In this document: in pieces, positions 37,181 through 48,807 of the stretch
How the letters are laid out: every line of letters begins with the position of its first letter
Position numbering within the stretch: the first letter of the stretch is position 1
Origin: Tubulanus polymorphus
Taxonomy: Eukaryota; Animalia; Nemertea
Assembly (NCBI RefSeq): GCF_964204645.1
Contig: NC_134032.1
Coordinates: 10,590,275 to 10,654,274, forward strand
Direction: 5' to 3'
Length of the DNA stretch: 64,000 nt
The notes under the pieces: model-generated
What the model was told of the DNA's origin: nothing
The model's database searches: none
What the model saw: the letters and a program-made list of their open reading frames with translations, nothing else
Translations under genes and position numbers: made by a program

Positions 37181-39276
37181 TGATATTGTGAGTTTAATCT
37201 TTAAACTTTACCATAGTTAAACATAGTCAACTATGGCTATTTGTCCGTGTAGGTATCACATAGTTAGGAAACATAGAACATAACGTTAGACCAGTGTTGA
37301 TGTACAAATATTAAGTATTTGCTGAATTGTAGATGTATTAATTTGATGGATTTATATTTTCGAAGGCCCATGTAACTGATTTCACAATTGAATCGTATAT
37401 GTCGATTTTCACATTTATTTTTAACTTTGAGCCTCCATTAATCTGTTTGATGATCATAGCTACTTATTTGAAATCAAAAGCTTTATTTGAAAGGAGACCA
37501 TTATTTACATTTGAGAGGTAAAGCTAGGAATAACAAAGTTATAGCTAGGACTAATTTTGAACGTTTTAAACATTGTTTATAGCTGTTTGAACTTTTTTTA
37601 TTGTAATGGGTAAATCCATATCACGAGATGGCTCTCATGAATAATCACTTAGCTTCAAATTGGGTGTATAATGATTATTAAGGAGTGGCAGTGAATCGGT
37701 AGTGCTTTTCTAAAATGGGCCCAGAAACTTTACAGTGAAAAAATGCCTGCAGTTGTAAATAGAGGAGTATAAATAATACGCAATACAAACTACGAGTAAA
37801 TAAATTAATAAAAAAATAAATTAGAAAAAACCAATAAATAATAAGTAGTAAATAATACAAAATACAAGTACATACATAAATAGATAATATTAAAAAATAG
37901 ATAAAAATCATAAACAACAATACAAACAAACAACAAATTAATATTCTATTTACATGAAAAGGCATTTTTTCAAATATCTATCAACAAGGTTCTTCATTTA
38001 TCGAACAACCTTCCCTAAGTATAGCAAAAACCCTAGATCTTTTCTGTTGTTATTCAAAGCATTCTATCGGACTCAGTTATTATAATGAACAAAACAAATA
38101 ACCATAAACCTTAACTAAATCGAACACACTTAAGAAAATAACTGATATGATAGAATGCTTTGAATAACTGTGATGAAAGATCGACCATCCTATGAACTAG
38201 CTGCGCTCAATCACTGCTGTGACTGTTGATATTGTGAGTTTAATCTTTAAACTTTACCATAGTTAAACATAGTCAACTATGGCTATTTGTCCGTGTAGGT
38301 ATCACATAGTTAGGAAACATAGAACATAACGTTAGACCAGTGTTGATGTACAAATATTAAGTATTTGCTGAATTGTAGATGTATTAATTTGATGGATTTA
38401 TATTTTCGAAGGCCCATGTAACTGATTTCACAATTGAATCGTATATGTCGATTTTCACATTTATTTTTAACTTTGAGCCTCCATTAATCTGTTTGATGAT
38501 CATAGCTACTTATTTGAAATCAAAAGCTTTATTTGAAAGGAGACCATTATTTACATTTGAGAGGTAAAGCTAGGAATAACAAAGTTATAGCTAGGACTAA
38601 TTTTGAACGTTTTAAACATTGTTTATAGCTGTTTGAACTTTTTTTATTGTAATGGGTAAATCCATATCACGAGATGGCTCTCATGAATAATCACTTAGCT
38701 TCAAATTGGGTGTATAATGATTATTAAGGAGTGGCAGTGAATCGGTAGTGCTTTTCTAAAATGGGCCCAGAAACTTTACAGTGAAAAAATGCCTGCAGTT
38801 GTAAATAGAGGAGTATAAATAATACGCAATACAAACTACGAGTAAATAAATTAATAAAAAAATAAATTAGAAAAAACCAATAAATAATAAGTAGTAAATA
38901 ATACAAAATACAAGTACATACATAAATAGATAATATTAAAAAATAGATAAAAATCATAAACAACAATACAAACAAACAACAAATTAATATTCTATTTACA
39001 TGAAAAGGCATTTTTTCAAATATCTATCAACAAGGTTCTTCATTTATCGAACAACCTTCCCTAAGTATAGCAAAAACCCTAGATCTTTTCTGTTGTTATT
39101 CAAAGCATTCTATCGGACTCAGTTATTATAATGAACAAAACAAATAACCATAAACCTTAACTAAATCGAACACACTTAAGAAAATAACTGATATGATAGA
39201 ATGCTTTGAATAACTGTGATGAAAGATCGACCATCCTATGAACTAGCTGCGCTCAATCACTGCTGTGACTGTTGAT
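37181..39276 (+). repeat. 1046-bp tandem duplication, apparently identical copies
   Basis: 37181-38226 repeated at 38227-39272; TGAT microhomology at the junctions; identical spurious ORFs 1046 bp apart. Confidence 0.95.
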
Positions 39277-39499
39277 TGTTATACGGGGGTAGACACTTAC
39301 TATCTAAAATCTGGTACATACATTTTTAGAAAGAATGTAAAACAGCTATAAACTTAAGTTATTGATGTTATTGATTAGTTACCGATTGTATGATTATGTT
39401 GATGTTTTTGAAGCTGCCAGAAAGAAACATCAGAATACTTAGTATTTAATGCCAAGGTGCTTGGACATCTTTAAGTCAGGGCAAAATTCTAGAAAGTAA

Positions 39500-41970
39500 T
39501 GATTAGTTGATACTTAGATTTCCAGAGTGAATCTGTATGTTCCATCTCTAGTTTAAATGCTCTATGTTGGAGCATAGAACTCAAATCAAATTGATTTGAG
39601 GTCTATGGTTGGAGACTGTTATTGTAACACATAGCCGAACACATGTTTGGAAATTAGGAACTTGCATGATGATTCCTCGTTTAAGATATAATTGTTGTGT
39701 GAATAAAACGATGTTCATTTTCATCATTCATGTTGAAACTTTTAAGTTGTTAATTTCTATAGCAACAATTCCACTGTGGTGGTTCATAAATTACTGATAG
39801 AATAGAAGGAGCAGTTTCTTGATAGGCTATCTCGAGGATACAGTGCTAATTGGTCAATTGTCCTAGCTTAGTTTAACCGCATCTGTGTGGGGCCTGTAAT
39901 ATCTGGACAAGAAGAATTTCTGATCTTAATATAAAGTTGTATTTATATCTACTATCAAGTTGAATAATACAAATTAAGAAGTTGCCGTAGCTTCGTCAGT
40001 CAAACCATATTTATGAAGATACTCGATTTATCTTAGATCATCACGAAGAAAAACCTTTATAATAGTTTGCAGGGTTTGATCTAAGGATTAAAATGCCAGT
40101 TGACCTTGGGGCAAGCATATGTGATATCACTTGCCCCCCTCAAAAATCAACTTGCCCTATACATGAGTAGTCCAATTGAGACACAATCATCCCTTGCATC
40201 GAGTGGGATAAAAGCTTTGAGATATAGAATTACACAAGCCCGGTGGACGAGTGATTGTGATAAACTACATTTCCTAATGAAAATATACTTGTCCCGGGAA
40301 ATTGGACTAGTGCTTAAATCAGACCCTGCTTTGTTTCTAATGTAACATTTGTGAAATAAGCTAGTTGATAATTAAGGAAATCTCTCAGACGAGGAAATTT
40401 TTGGCAATGTTTTTAGTTTTCTTGTAATAACTAAGATTAATTAGTTTACCTAACGCTTTCCAGAGTGAGTGAATTTGTAGGTTTTATGTTGAACTGTTTT
40501 CTAAATAACTCATTTAACGGGCTATAATTGTTGTGTAAGAATAAAATGATATACATGTTTCGGCATTCACACTGTGCTGCTCATCAATGGTTCATAAAAT
40601 ACTATTTTCATTAAGGCCCTCATGGAATAGAGTCGCAAAATAGAGGAGCAGTCTCTTGATAAATGAGGATATATGAACAGTATTAATCAGTAGATTATGC
40701 TAGCTATGGACTCTAAAACCATTGTTTAACAATTTATATATGGGTTCTGAAATATCTGCACAAGAAGCACCTCAAAAAGTTAGTTATTGAATCTTAACTT
40801 AATTGTAGCAAAGCCATTAATTATTAGTAATTGCCCTAGCTCTATTCAAATTGGCAGTTGAACAATACTCGATTTATATAGTCTTGCTGAATGCATAGAA
40901 GAGAATACCTCCAAAATACTTTGCATTAAATGTAACATTTGAGAAAATTGCCAATTTGATAATGTCTTGAAACCTCAAGGCAAAGGTGGCAAAACTAGCT
41001 ATCTTGTAAAATAATGTTAATGAAAATTAAATCAAAGACTGTTTAGTTAAACTTATCTTAAGCTTTCCTGATTGAATTTGTGGTTTTATCTCCGGTTACA
41101 ATGTTTTTATGTTGGAGACTTTTTTGAAATACAGGTCACGTTTTTGTAAATGACTGAGGCACTTCCTCCAGTAGATGTACCTGTCATTTAGGTATAATTG
41201 TTTTTGTGGAGATAAAATGACATGTTCGTGTCAATTGTTCATTAAACATTGATTTATTAAGGTCCTATCGAGTTGAGCTTTTTCTTGATAAATGAGATGT
41301 CCTCAATCGATGTCATTTGAAAAGTTGACATGATAGATTCATATTTCATGAAATATAACAAAGTGTCGGTTATATTGACCTCATGAATTGTCAAATTCAT
41401 AATCTCAGACTAGTCCAATTTTCGGTTTTTTATGGATCAAAGTCTATAATTCTTAGTGTATTTTTGTTATTTTCCTATTGATGCAAATTGTATAAATCAG
41501 CTGTAGTGGAAATGTATCGTAGATAAAGAAAGACTTCTAAATACCTTACGTGTAACTAGTACAATTTCATACATAGTAATATAAATAAAATTACTATTAA
41601 AATTTGAGAAAATAAGCTAAAAGTTAATAATATGATATGTGAAAATAAAATGATGTAAGAATGTAAATCAGATTGATTACTTAATCCTACGCTTTCCAGA
41701 GTATTTGGCCAGGTTTATCTCTGGTTTTAGTGCGGGGAGCCATGGACTCACGGTTTAAGAGTCCATGGTTGTCGGCCATAGACATTTCTGGTTTAGAGTC
41801 TATGGTTGGACCATGGGCGTATATAAGCTCTCGTTTATAGTTTATACGCCTATGGTGGTTGGACTAGTTGTTTTTGAAAGTCCGTGTTTGAGGAACTTAC
41901 ATTAAAATTCCTCGAGCACAAACCTGGCATTTTGTATAATTGTTGTATATATGAGAATAAATATGATTGA
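39500..41970 (-). repeat. Degenerate ~700-850-bp period repeats, containing the 17-19.8 kb repeat family in inverted orientation
   Basis: TATAATTGTT motif at ~39688, 40524, 41193 and 41936; the reverse complement of 40740-40870 matches 17680-17770. Confidence 0.6.
39573..39607. mobile_element. 35-bp (17+1+17) CATAGA palindromic micro-insertion with 7-bp TSD GTTGGAG
   Basis: GTTGGAG-CATAGAACTCAAATCAA-A-TTGATTTGAGGTCTATG-GTTGGAG; empty paralogous site ATGTTGGAGACT at ~41109. Confidence 0.8.
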
Positions 41971-42005
41971 TTTTGAAATTTGTCATTCGTTTAGTTAAGC
42001 AACAA

Positions 42006-42212
42006 GTGTTACTAAAATGAAGCACCACTAAAAACGAAAACTATATGCACCCGAGAAAACCGACCAGGCAATTTACGTTTCCGTCAGAGGTGGCACAGAG
42101 CGCCCCAAGTGATGATTTCGAGTATCTTCGGACTTCTTTTTAGTCATTCATAGTTCTAATACCCGAAAGTGCATAGGCCTTCGTTTTAGTAGCACATAGT
42201 TTTTAGTAACAC
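42006..42212. mobile_element. MITE with GTGTTACTAAAA TIRs
   Basis: GTGTTACTAAAA...ACTAAAAACGAA...TATGCAC mirrored by GTGCATA...TTCGTTTTAGT...TTTTAGTAACAC. Confidence 0.65.
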
Positions 42213-42321
42213 CCCCATTGCACTGCCCTGCTATAAATTAACTGCTCATTTTCACGAACCCAGGGCCACCTTCTGAGTTAGTCGACTATAGTCGAACTAA
42301 ACGAAACCGAATGTCCATTAG

Positions 42322-42569
42322 CAGGGCCGTCGCGGCCCACTTTTTTGCTTAACAAAATTTGTTCAAAAGCACGCTGTACCGCGTAGCAGCTCGTCGTTCT
42401 CTGTACTAAGTGGTTGGCTCACGACTTCTCATGCTTCTGTGAATGAGACCGTGAAATGGCCCCAAAACATATCTCCGGCGATTGAATTTTCAAATTTTTC
42501 AAGGGGAGGGCCCCAAACCACCCTTCAGAAATAAGCCTCGCCACTGAAAAATTCCCTCCGACGGCTCTG
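42322..42569. mobile_element. CAG...CTG DNA transposon with 5-bp TSD (ATTAG), nested in the centre of another MITE (~42261-42639)
   Basis: TIRs CAGGGCCGTCG / CGACGGCTCTG; ATTAG at 42317-42321 and 42570-42574; flanks form an inverted repeat (TCGAACTAA..AACCGAATG / CATTCGGTT..TTAGTTCGA). Confidence 0.75.
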
Positions 42570-42672
42570 ATTAGTCATTCGGTTATTAGTTCGATCCGAC
42601 CACTAGTTGACTAGATACGAAAACCGAATTTGGTCCTGGCAGTTGAGTCGGTTGCTGTTCCCAGGAAACCTT

Positions 42673-43310
42673 TTATTTAACACGCGAGGCGCGCTTTTCA
42701 CTACACGCACAGATCGCAGCTTCCATTTTATGGGTAGATTTCTTGAAGACCATATTTTCACTCTCAATCTGCTTAATTTGATTTGAAAGAATATCGATAT
42801 TTTTTAAGTTCGTATCCAATAGTCTACTATGGGTCTCGATTTTTTCTCTGATGTCAGCTATGCATTTATAGCTTTCTTTTGCAGAAACGTCTTGATGTAT
42901 TTTGGTAATCCGGGATTCTAAAATTTCTATAGCGTTAAAGAATATTTCTCTCATGTTCTTTATCTCCAACCATAGACGTATGTATCTAGTTTATACGTCC
43001 ATGCTCCAACTTAATGGTCTCCATCTCTTGAAATTTCTGCTCAGTTTGAAAATCAGTCAAACATCGACTACACAGATATCTAACCGGCAGATTCTCTGCA
43101 TTTTCAGCTGCGTTGGAGCAGTTATTACAAATTGACTGACTGCACTTGGAACACTGGACGATCTCTTTTTCAAAATTAAACAGACGGTTACATGAAGAAC
43201 ACGGTACATAATTTCACATATCATAATACGGTACATAGTTTCCCCATTCATCATCTTCTTCTAGTGTTGAAGCACAATCACTGTCCAGTTCTGCTAGACC
43301 TAGACTCTCA
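42673..43310 (-). pseudogene. Decayed PHD-like zinc finger plus coiled-coil ORF, probably CR1/L2-type LINE ORF1 remnant
   Basis: Minus strand reads VPCSSCNRLFNFEKEIVQCSKCSQSICNNCS...RYLCSRCL and then, after removing a 40-bp insertion, continues into the heptad-rich LEIKNMREIFFNAIEILESRI...; in-frame stops upstream. Confidence 0.55.
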
Positions 43311-43912
43311 GCAAACAGCAGAGCATCTCATGAATTTGCCGTTTTTATCACAGCCCTTTACCTTAGTTGCCATGGTTTCCCTTGTCTGAAATGGTTGCTA
43401 AGTTGCTTGGATGATTTCCCATGGATGAATCCCACCACTTTTTAAACACTCACAGATTTAGTAAATATCAGCGGATTATCAATCATTCCAGTAATCAATC
43501 ATTCCAGTGCGATTTTGACATTACTCCTAGTTTCGCTTATTCGATGAGACGCCATTTTAACCCGGAAGTAACTCGATACTGACATGTTTGACATGCATCG
43601 AAAATGTAAAATGGAGGATGGGATCAACCGGTCTCTAACTGAAAGTAGACCAGTCTACTCTCCCACTGTACGCGGGTAAGTGTAGTCACTATATAGTGTA
43701 TTGTGCGCCGGAGCAGCGCGCGGCAGCGTATGCTACACGTATAAAAAGACTTTGGACTGTTTGTTATCCATTGCACTCGTATAGATAGCAGGCAAATCAA
43801 TAGTTTTTAGCGAGAGAACTATGAATATTCGGTCAAATTCCGAAGTTGAACACACTCCACATACGCTGTGTAACGCCATTGAGTTCTATCGCCAAAACGC
43901 AGTGCTTCTATA

Positions 43913-45633
43913 ATGGCGGAGAGCTCGGTTTGTGTATATAAGGACGTTCTTCATCCCGTTCTTATTCAAGATCTTGTGAGGCAGTGGCTGAGAGAAGACA
44001 CCGCCAGTTTCGACTATGCAGGATTCGTCGTCGGTGAGAAGGTTGAACGCGCTGTGCTCCTCTGTAAAGGAGACTGCGTGCTGGCCGGGGCTCCTTTTGT
44101 CGAGGCCGTCTTCACAGAGTTGGACTGCAAAGTCGAATGGTTACGCGAAGATGGCGACGTCCTAGCCCCGCCTTGCCACGTGGCCTACGTCACGGGAAAA
44201 GTGCGTAATTTATTGATAGGCGAGCGGGTGGCTTTGAATTGTTTGACGCGCACCAGCGGCGTGGCTACCTACGCCCGAGCCCTGCGCGAAGTGGCCGTCC
44301 GTCAGAACTGGCCCGGAGAGGTTGCCGGCACTAGGAAGACAACCCCAGGCTTTCGGCTACCCGAGAAATACGCGCTACTAGTCGGCGGGATATCAACTCA
44401 TCGCTATGATCTATCCAGTATGATTATGCTGAAAGATAATCATATTTGGTCAGCTGGTAACATCACACAGGTAAGAGTATGATCTAAGTAATTATCTGGA
44501 CCTCATTGCAGATGGTCGTGAGTCAGAGTTGACTCAAAAGTGTTTGATATTAGTTCATTTTCGATGAGTTAACTGAGTCAGAGCTATAATAACTCCTCAC
44601 TGCAGGTAACACCCGCCCGGGTAAGAGTATGATCTAAGTAATCATGTAGACCTTATTCCAGATGGTCTTGAGTTGGAGTTGACTCAAAGTTTTTGATATC
44701 AGTTCATTTTCAGTGAGTTAACTCTCAGAGTTATAATAACTCCCAACTGCAGGACTGGGTCCTGATGATTGATTACCCCAATGTATGATCGTTTGCTTCG
44801 GCCAGTTACTTACCTATCGGCTAAGGAACCTTAGTGTCCGATGTACCACAGTTGGTACACAAGGAGATCATTGTGATACAACCACGCTGCCTGGGTGAAA
44901 TCGGCTATTGATGACTGAAAATAAATTCCCCTATAACTTGCATATATTTCGGTGAAGGCATTTTTGTGTTATTCTCATCGAATTGAAAAACCAGTTATAA
45001 TTGTTTTTTTTTTATTAACTCCATTGGTTCCTTGTTTTTCGAAGGCTGTAAAAGATGCCAGGAAAGTCGGCGGATTTTCCACTAAAATCGAAGTCGAATG
45101 CAGAAGTTTAGCGGAAGCGGAAGAAGCGATCAAAGCCGGAAGTGAGATCGTAATGTTAGATAATTTCGATTGTGCGGTAAGTAAAGCTCAACGGTGTTCT
45201 GGAAACCTCGGAACCCACCGCCCCCAGATCCTCCCCTGGTGATGGTCGCTTGATGTTAAAATTTGTTTACATATTGAAAAGATGGTAGCCTCCACAAAAG
45301 TCCCCTTCTGTGGCATAATCGGCTGACATCATCTGATGAAATCAAGGTACGTAGCTGCCTCCTTATCTATTATCTTCATGTTTTCCTCCTTTTTTTCTTT
45401 CATTTCAAAAGGCTTTGCACGAAACTGCAAAAGTGTTGAAATCCAAATACCCGCATACAATCATTGAGGCAAGTGGAGGTGTCACCGAACAGACTATAGC
45501 TGGCTATATGGGTCCACATGTCGACGTTATCTCGCTTAGTAAAACTACTCAAGGTTACCAGACGATCGACTTCTCCTTCAAGATTCTCAAGGACGGGAAA
45601 GATCCGCACAATCCTCTTGTGACGAAAAACTGA
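43913..45633 (+). CDS. QPRT: Nicotinate-nucleotide pyrophosphorylase (quinolinate phosphoribosyltransferase), 3 exons
   Basis: Exons 43913-44470, 45045-45176, 45412-45633 (GT-AG, phase 0); motifs [59 protein letters not shown]. Confidence 0.95.
44455..44755 (+). repeat. ~150-bp tandem duplication spanning the QPRT exon 1 donor
   Basis: GTAAGAGTATGATCTAAGTAAT...ATAATAACTCC..ACTGCAGG occurs twice (44471 and 44621). Confidence 0.85.
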
Positions 45634-46339
45634 TCCAGGGCCTCTGGATATCGAGGACTCACAGGGTGGTGTTATAGTGGAATGCCGAATACCTGGATGT
45701 CATTAATACCTTCGATTTACGAGTGCTCCCAAAACATCTCACTTACAGACTTGTAACCCTACGAATATTTGGAAATATATATCACACTTTGATTTATAAA
45801 ATTCAGAGACGGTTTTTATGATTTTGGCAAAGCGCCAGTTTCAAGGATCTTGGGTGTTGCATCTTTCATGCCTTCACCTGACCATAGAGCATGACAGTGC
45901 ACATATGTATCTCCCTTACGAAGTTGTGACTCAAGTGAACGGTAGTTGTAGTACAGTACATCATTTACCCTCGCAATCTTGATCTGCCCAATTAGATGCC
46001 TGACTTCATTTGATTTATATGTATCAATCATACGAACATTCGAGTCAAAATAGAAATAAACCGACAATGATTTCTCTATCAATACGATCTTTTTATTATG
46101 CTTAAACCAAACAAGATATTTCAGACCAATTTCCGAATATATAAAAGACACTGAAAAAACATGGAAATTAATCTTGAGATAAATAATCTATAGACTAAAA
46201 GTGTTGTACAGGTAAGACCAGTTTCACGTCATATTTATTATCATTTTACCAGTAGTGATTGATTTATTTATTTCATAAAAGTTTCGTAAGTATTTTGTGG
46301 TAGCATGACGTAATTAAACTTAACAAATCCACGCCAAAT

Positions 46340-47974
46340 TCAACAGTTGTCGGGTACATATGACTCAACCTCTCTGTAGAATTTTGCCAAGCCCTTATCA
46401 ACTTTCGTTGCAAGTTCCGCCGAAAGATAATTCTTAAATTCTTCAAACGATAATTTGCCATCTGCGTTCGTCTCGCTTTTCTCGATTCGTCTTTTTTCGT
46501 CTGTCCCCACTCGCTTACCGATTTGACCAAGATACGACAGATAAGAATCAATCTCCTTTTCATCCAGGTGTCCACTTTCATCTTCATCGAAATTGTCAAA
46601 AATCCTTCTCGAACGTTCAACGATTGTTTTACTGAAATATAATACGAAATGCCCAGTGCAGTTATTTCAGAATGTAGCCTAAATGCCACCACCGTTTTTG
46701 GAAATAAATACGCATAAATATACAGTTTGATATATCAAAAACCCCAACTCCAAATAGGAAAATCCATCTAAAATGGTTTATACGCTGAACCTAACCCTTT
46801 TCGGACATGGCCAACTAAGGGCTTTTGACTACCTCGGCTTGTTCTGATGGGAGATCTCCCCGTAAGATTGTTTAACAATTCTGATGCTCAGATGGCTCCT
46901 GAGTGTGATTTCTAAACGTCAATGTCAATGAACTATGATGGCCGATTCGGGCCAAAAAAATCCTAGACGTTACACATTTCTTTTTTACAGACGCTTAAAA
47001 GTCGTTTTATCGCGCAATAAAACAAAAATTGTACGCGTTAAAACGAGAAATCAACCACGATAAAACGGTATATTTTCGTTTTATTGCACGATAAAACGAA
47101 AAATAATCGTTTTATCGCGTGCCACGTCAAAACGAAAAATAGCGCGATAGAACGAGAAGTGCCGTGATAAAACGAGAAAAAGTCGTTTTATTGCACGATA
47201 AAACGACTTTTAGGCGTCTCAAAGAAAAATTTTGCAACGTTTGTGATTTTTTTACATGGCCCGAATCAGCTACCATACTTAACAAAATTGATGAATATTT
47301 TATATGTATTTTGTTGTACATTTATCGTACTATTACGCGTAAAGGAAAGCAGCAGGCGTGCTAACCAGTAGACCAATAGAACTAGTTAACTTGGCCATTC
47401 ATTATTGTACTTAATGCGTAACAGTAGAACGTTTCTGCTTAAAACATTTCTTCCGAATTGGAAATGAGCGGAACTTGATTTTACGTTGAGGGTTCGTTCG
47501 AAACTCCCCCGGCCCGCGGACCTGAGCATAAATGACCTTTTGATGATTGTAAACGTTTTGATATTCTTCTCCTTTAAATTACTCTGCACATCCCATAGAA
47601 ATGGAAGAAAAGTAATAAGGTTTAAGAAAAAATAACAACCGCGATGAATTTATACCTGAACCAGTCGTGTGCGAAATCGTTCAGTGACAACATTCCACCA
47701 TTACTGCTACATTTGTACGTCTCACCCAGCCGCTGAAAATAAATCCATTCGTCACATCATTTGCTTTGCATTTCTGATAATAGATATCGATTTCTGATTA
47801 ATAAACAATATAGCAAAAGAAAATGTACAAATTAATCATCCTTAATCGTCTTACGCTCAGGTAGTCTGAATCTTGTATGTAACGGGACAATGTCGTTAAC
47901 GGAATGCAGGAACTTTCCTTTCCGTCATACGCCGTACAAATTCCTTTAAGATTTCTCCAAACTGCCTCCTGGGT
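46340..47974 (-). CDS. Spliced EF-hand (calmodulin-like) calcium-binding protein; 5' exons uncertain
   Basis: Terminal exon 46631-46340 encodes KTIVERSRRIFDNF-DEDESGHLDEKE-IDSYL...ETNADGKLSFEEF...PDNC*. Phase-compatible candidate exons 47732-47656 (SSNGGMLSLNDF) and 47974-47855 (YDGKESSCIPLTTL) resemble degenerate EF loops; a further candidate exon lies at 49138-49088. Confidence 0.65.
46934..47277. mobile_element. MITE with internal CGATAAAACGA repeats, in an intron of the EF-hand gene
   Basis: TIRs TATGATGGCCGATTCGGGCCA / TGGCCCGAATCAGCTACCATA. Confidence 0.75.
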
Positions 47975-48332
47975 CTAGAAGGGAGCTGATAATTGTCAAA
48001 AATATCCTCGAAAATATTGAAGTAGTCCATATTCTTTCTTCGAATCTGAATAACACGAGAATCAATCCGCTGTCGTGCTCGAGTTCGAGTCGAATGTGTC
48101 AGGGTTACGCGGTGTATTGACCACCGACTGACATCGGGGCAGGTTTAGACCCATCCCTCGTGCCATTAGGTTTTTCAGTTCAAACCCGGCCTAATCGCTT
48201 TGTATTTATATACAGGCATATACGTATTCTATACGCATTCTGAACCTGAACGGTGAAATCCGAACATAATCAACGATAGATTTCGTCTTTCAAAACACGG
48301 TTTCTTGCACGAAAAAGAAAAGATTTCAGTTA

Positions 48333-48807
<475 letters not shown>

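Noticed and set aside
37678-39011. Duplicated 95-aa hydrophobic membrane protein
   Set aside because: Translation of low-complexity A-rich DNA inside the tandem duplication.
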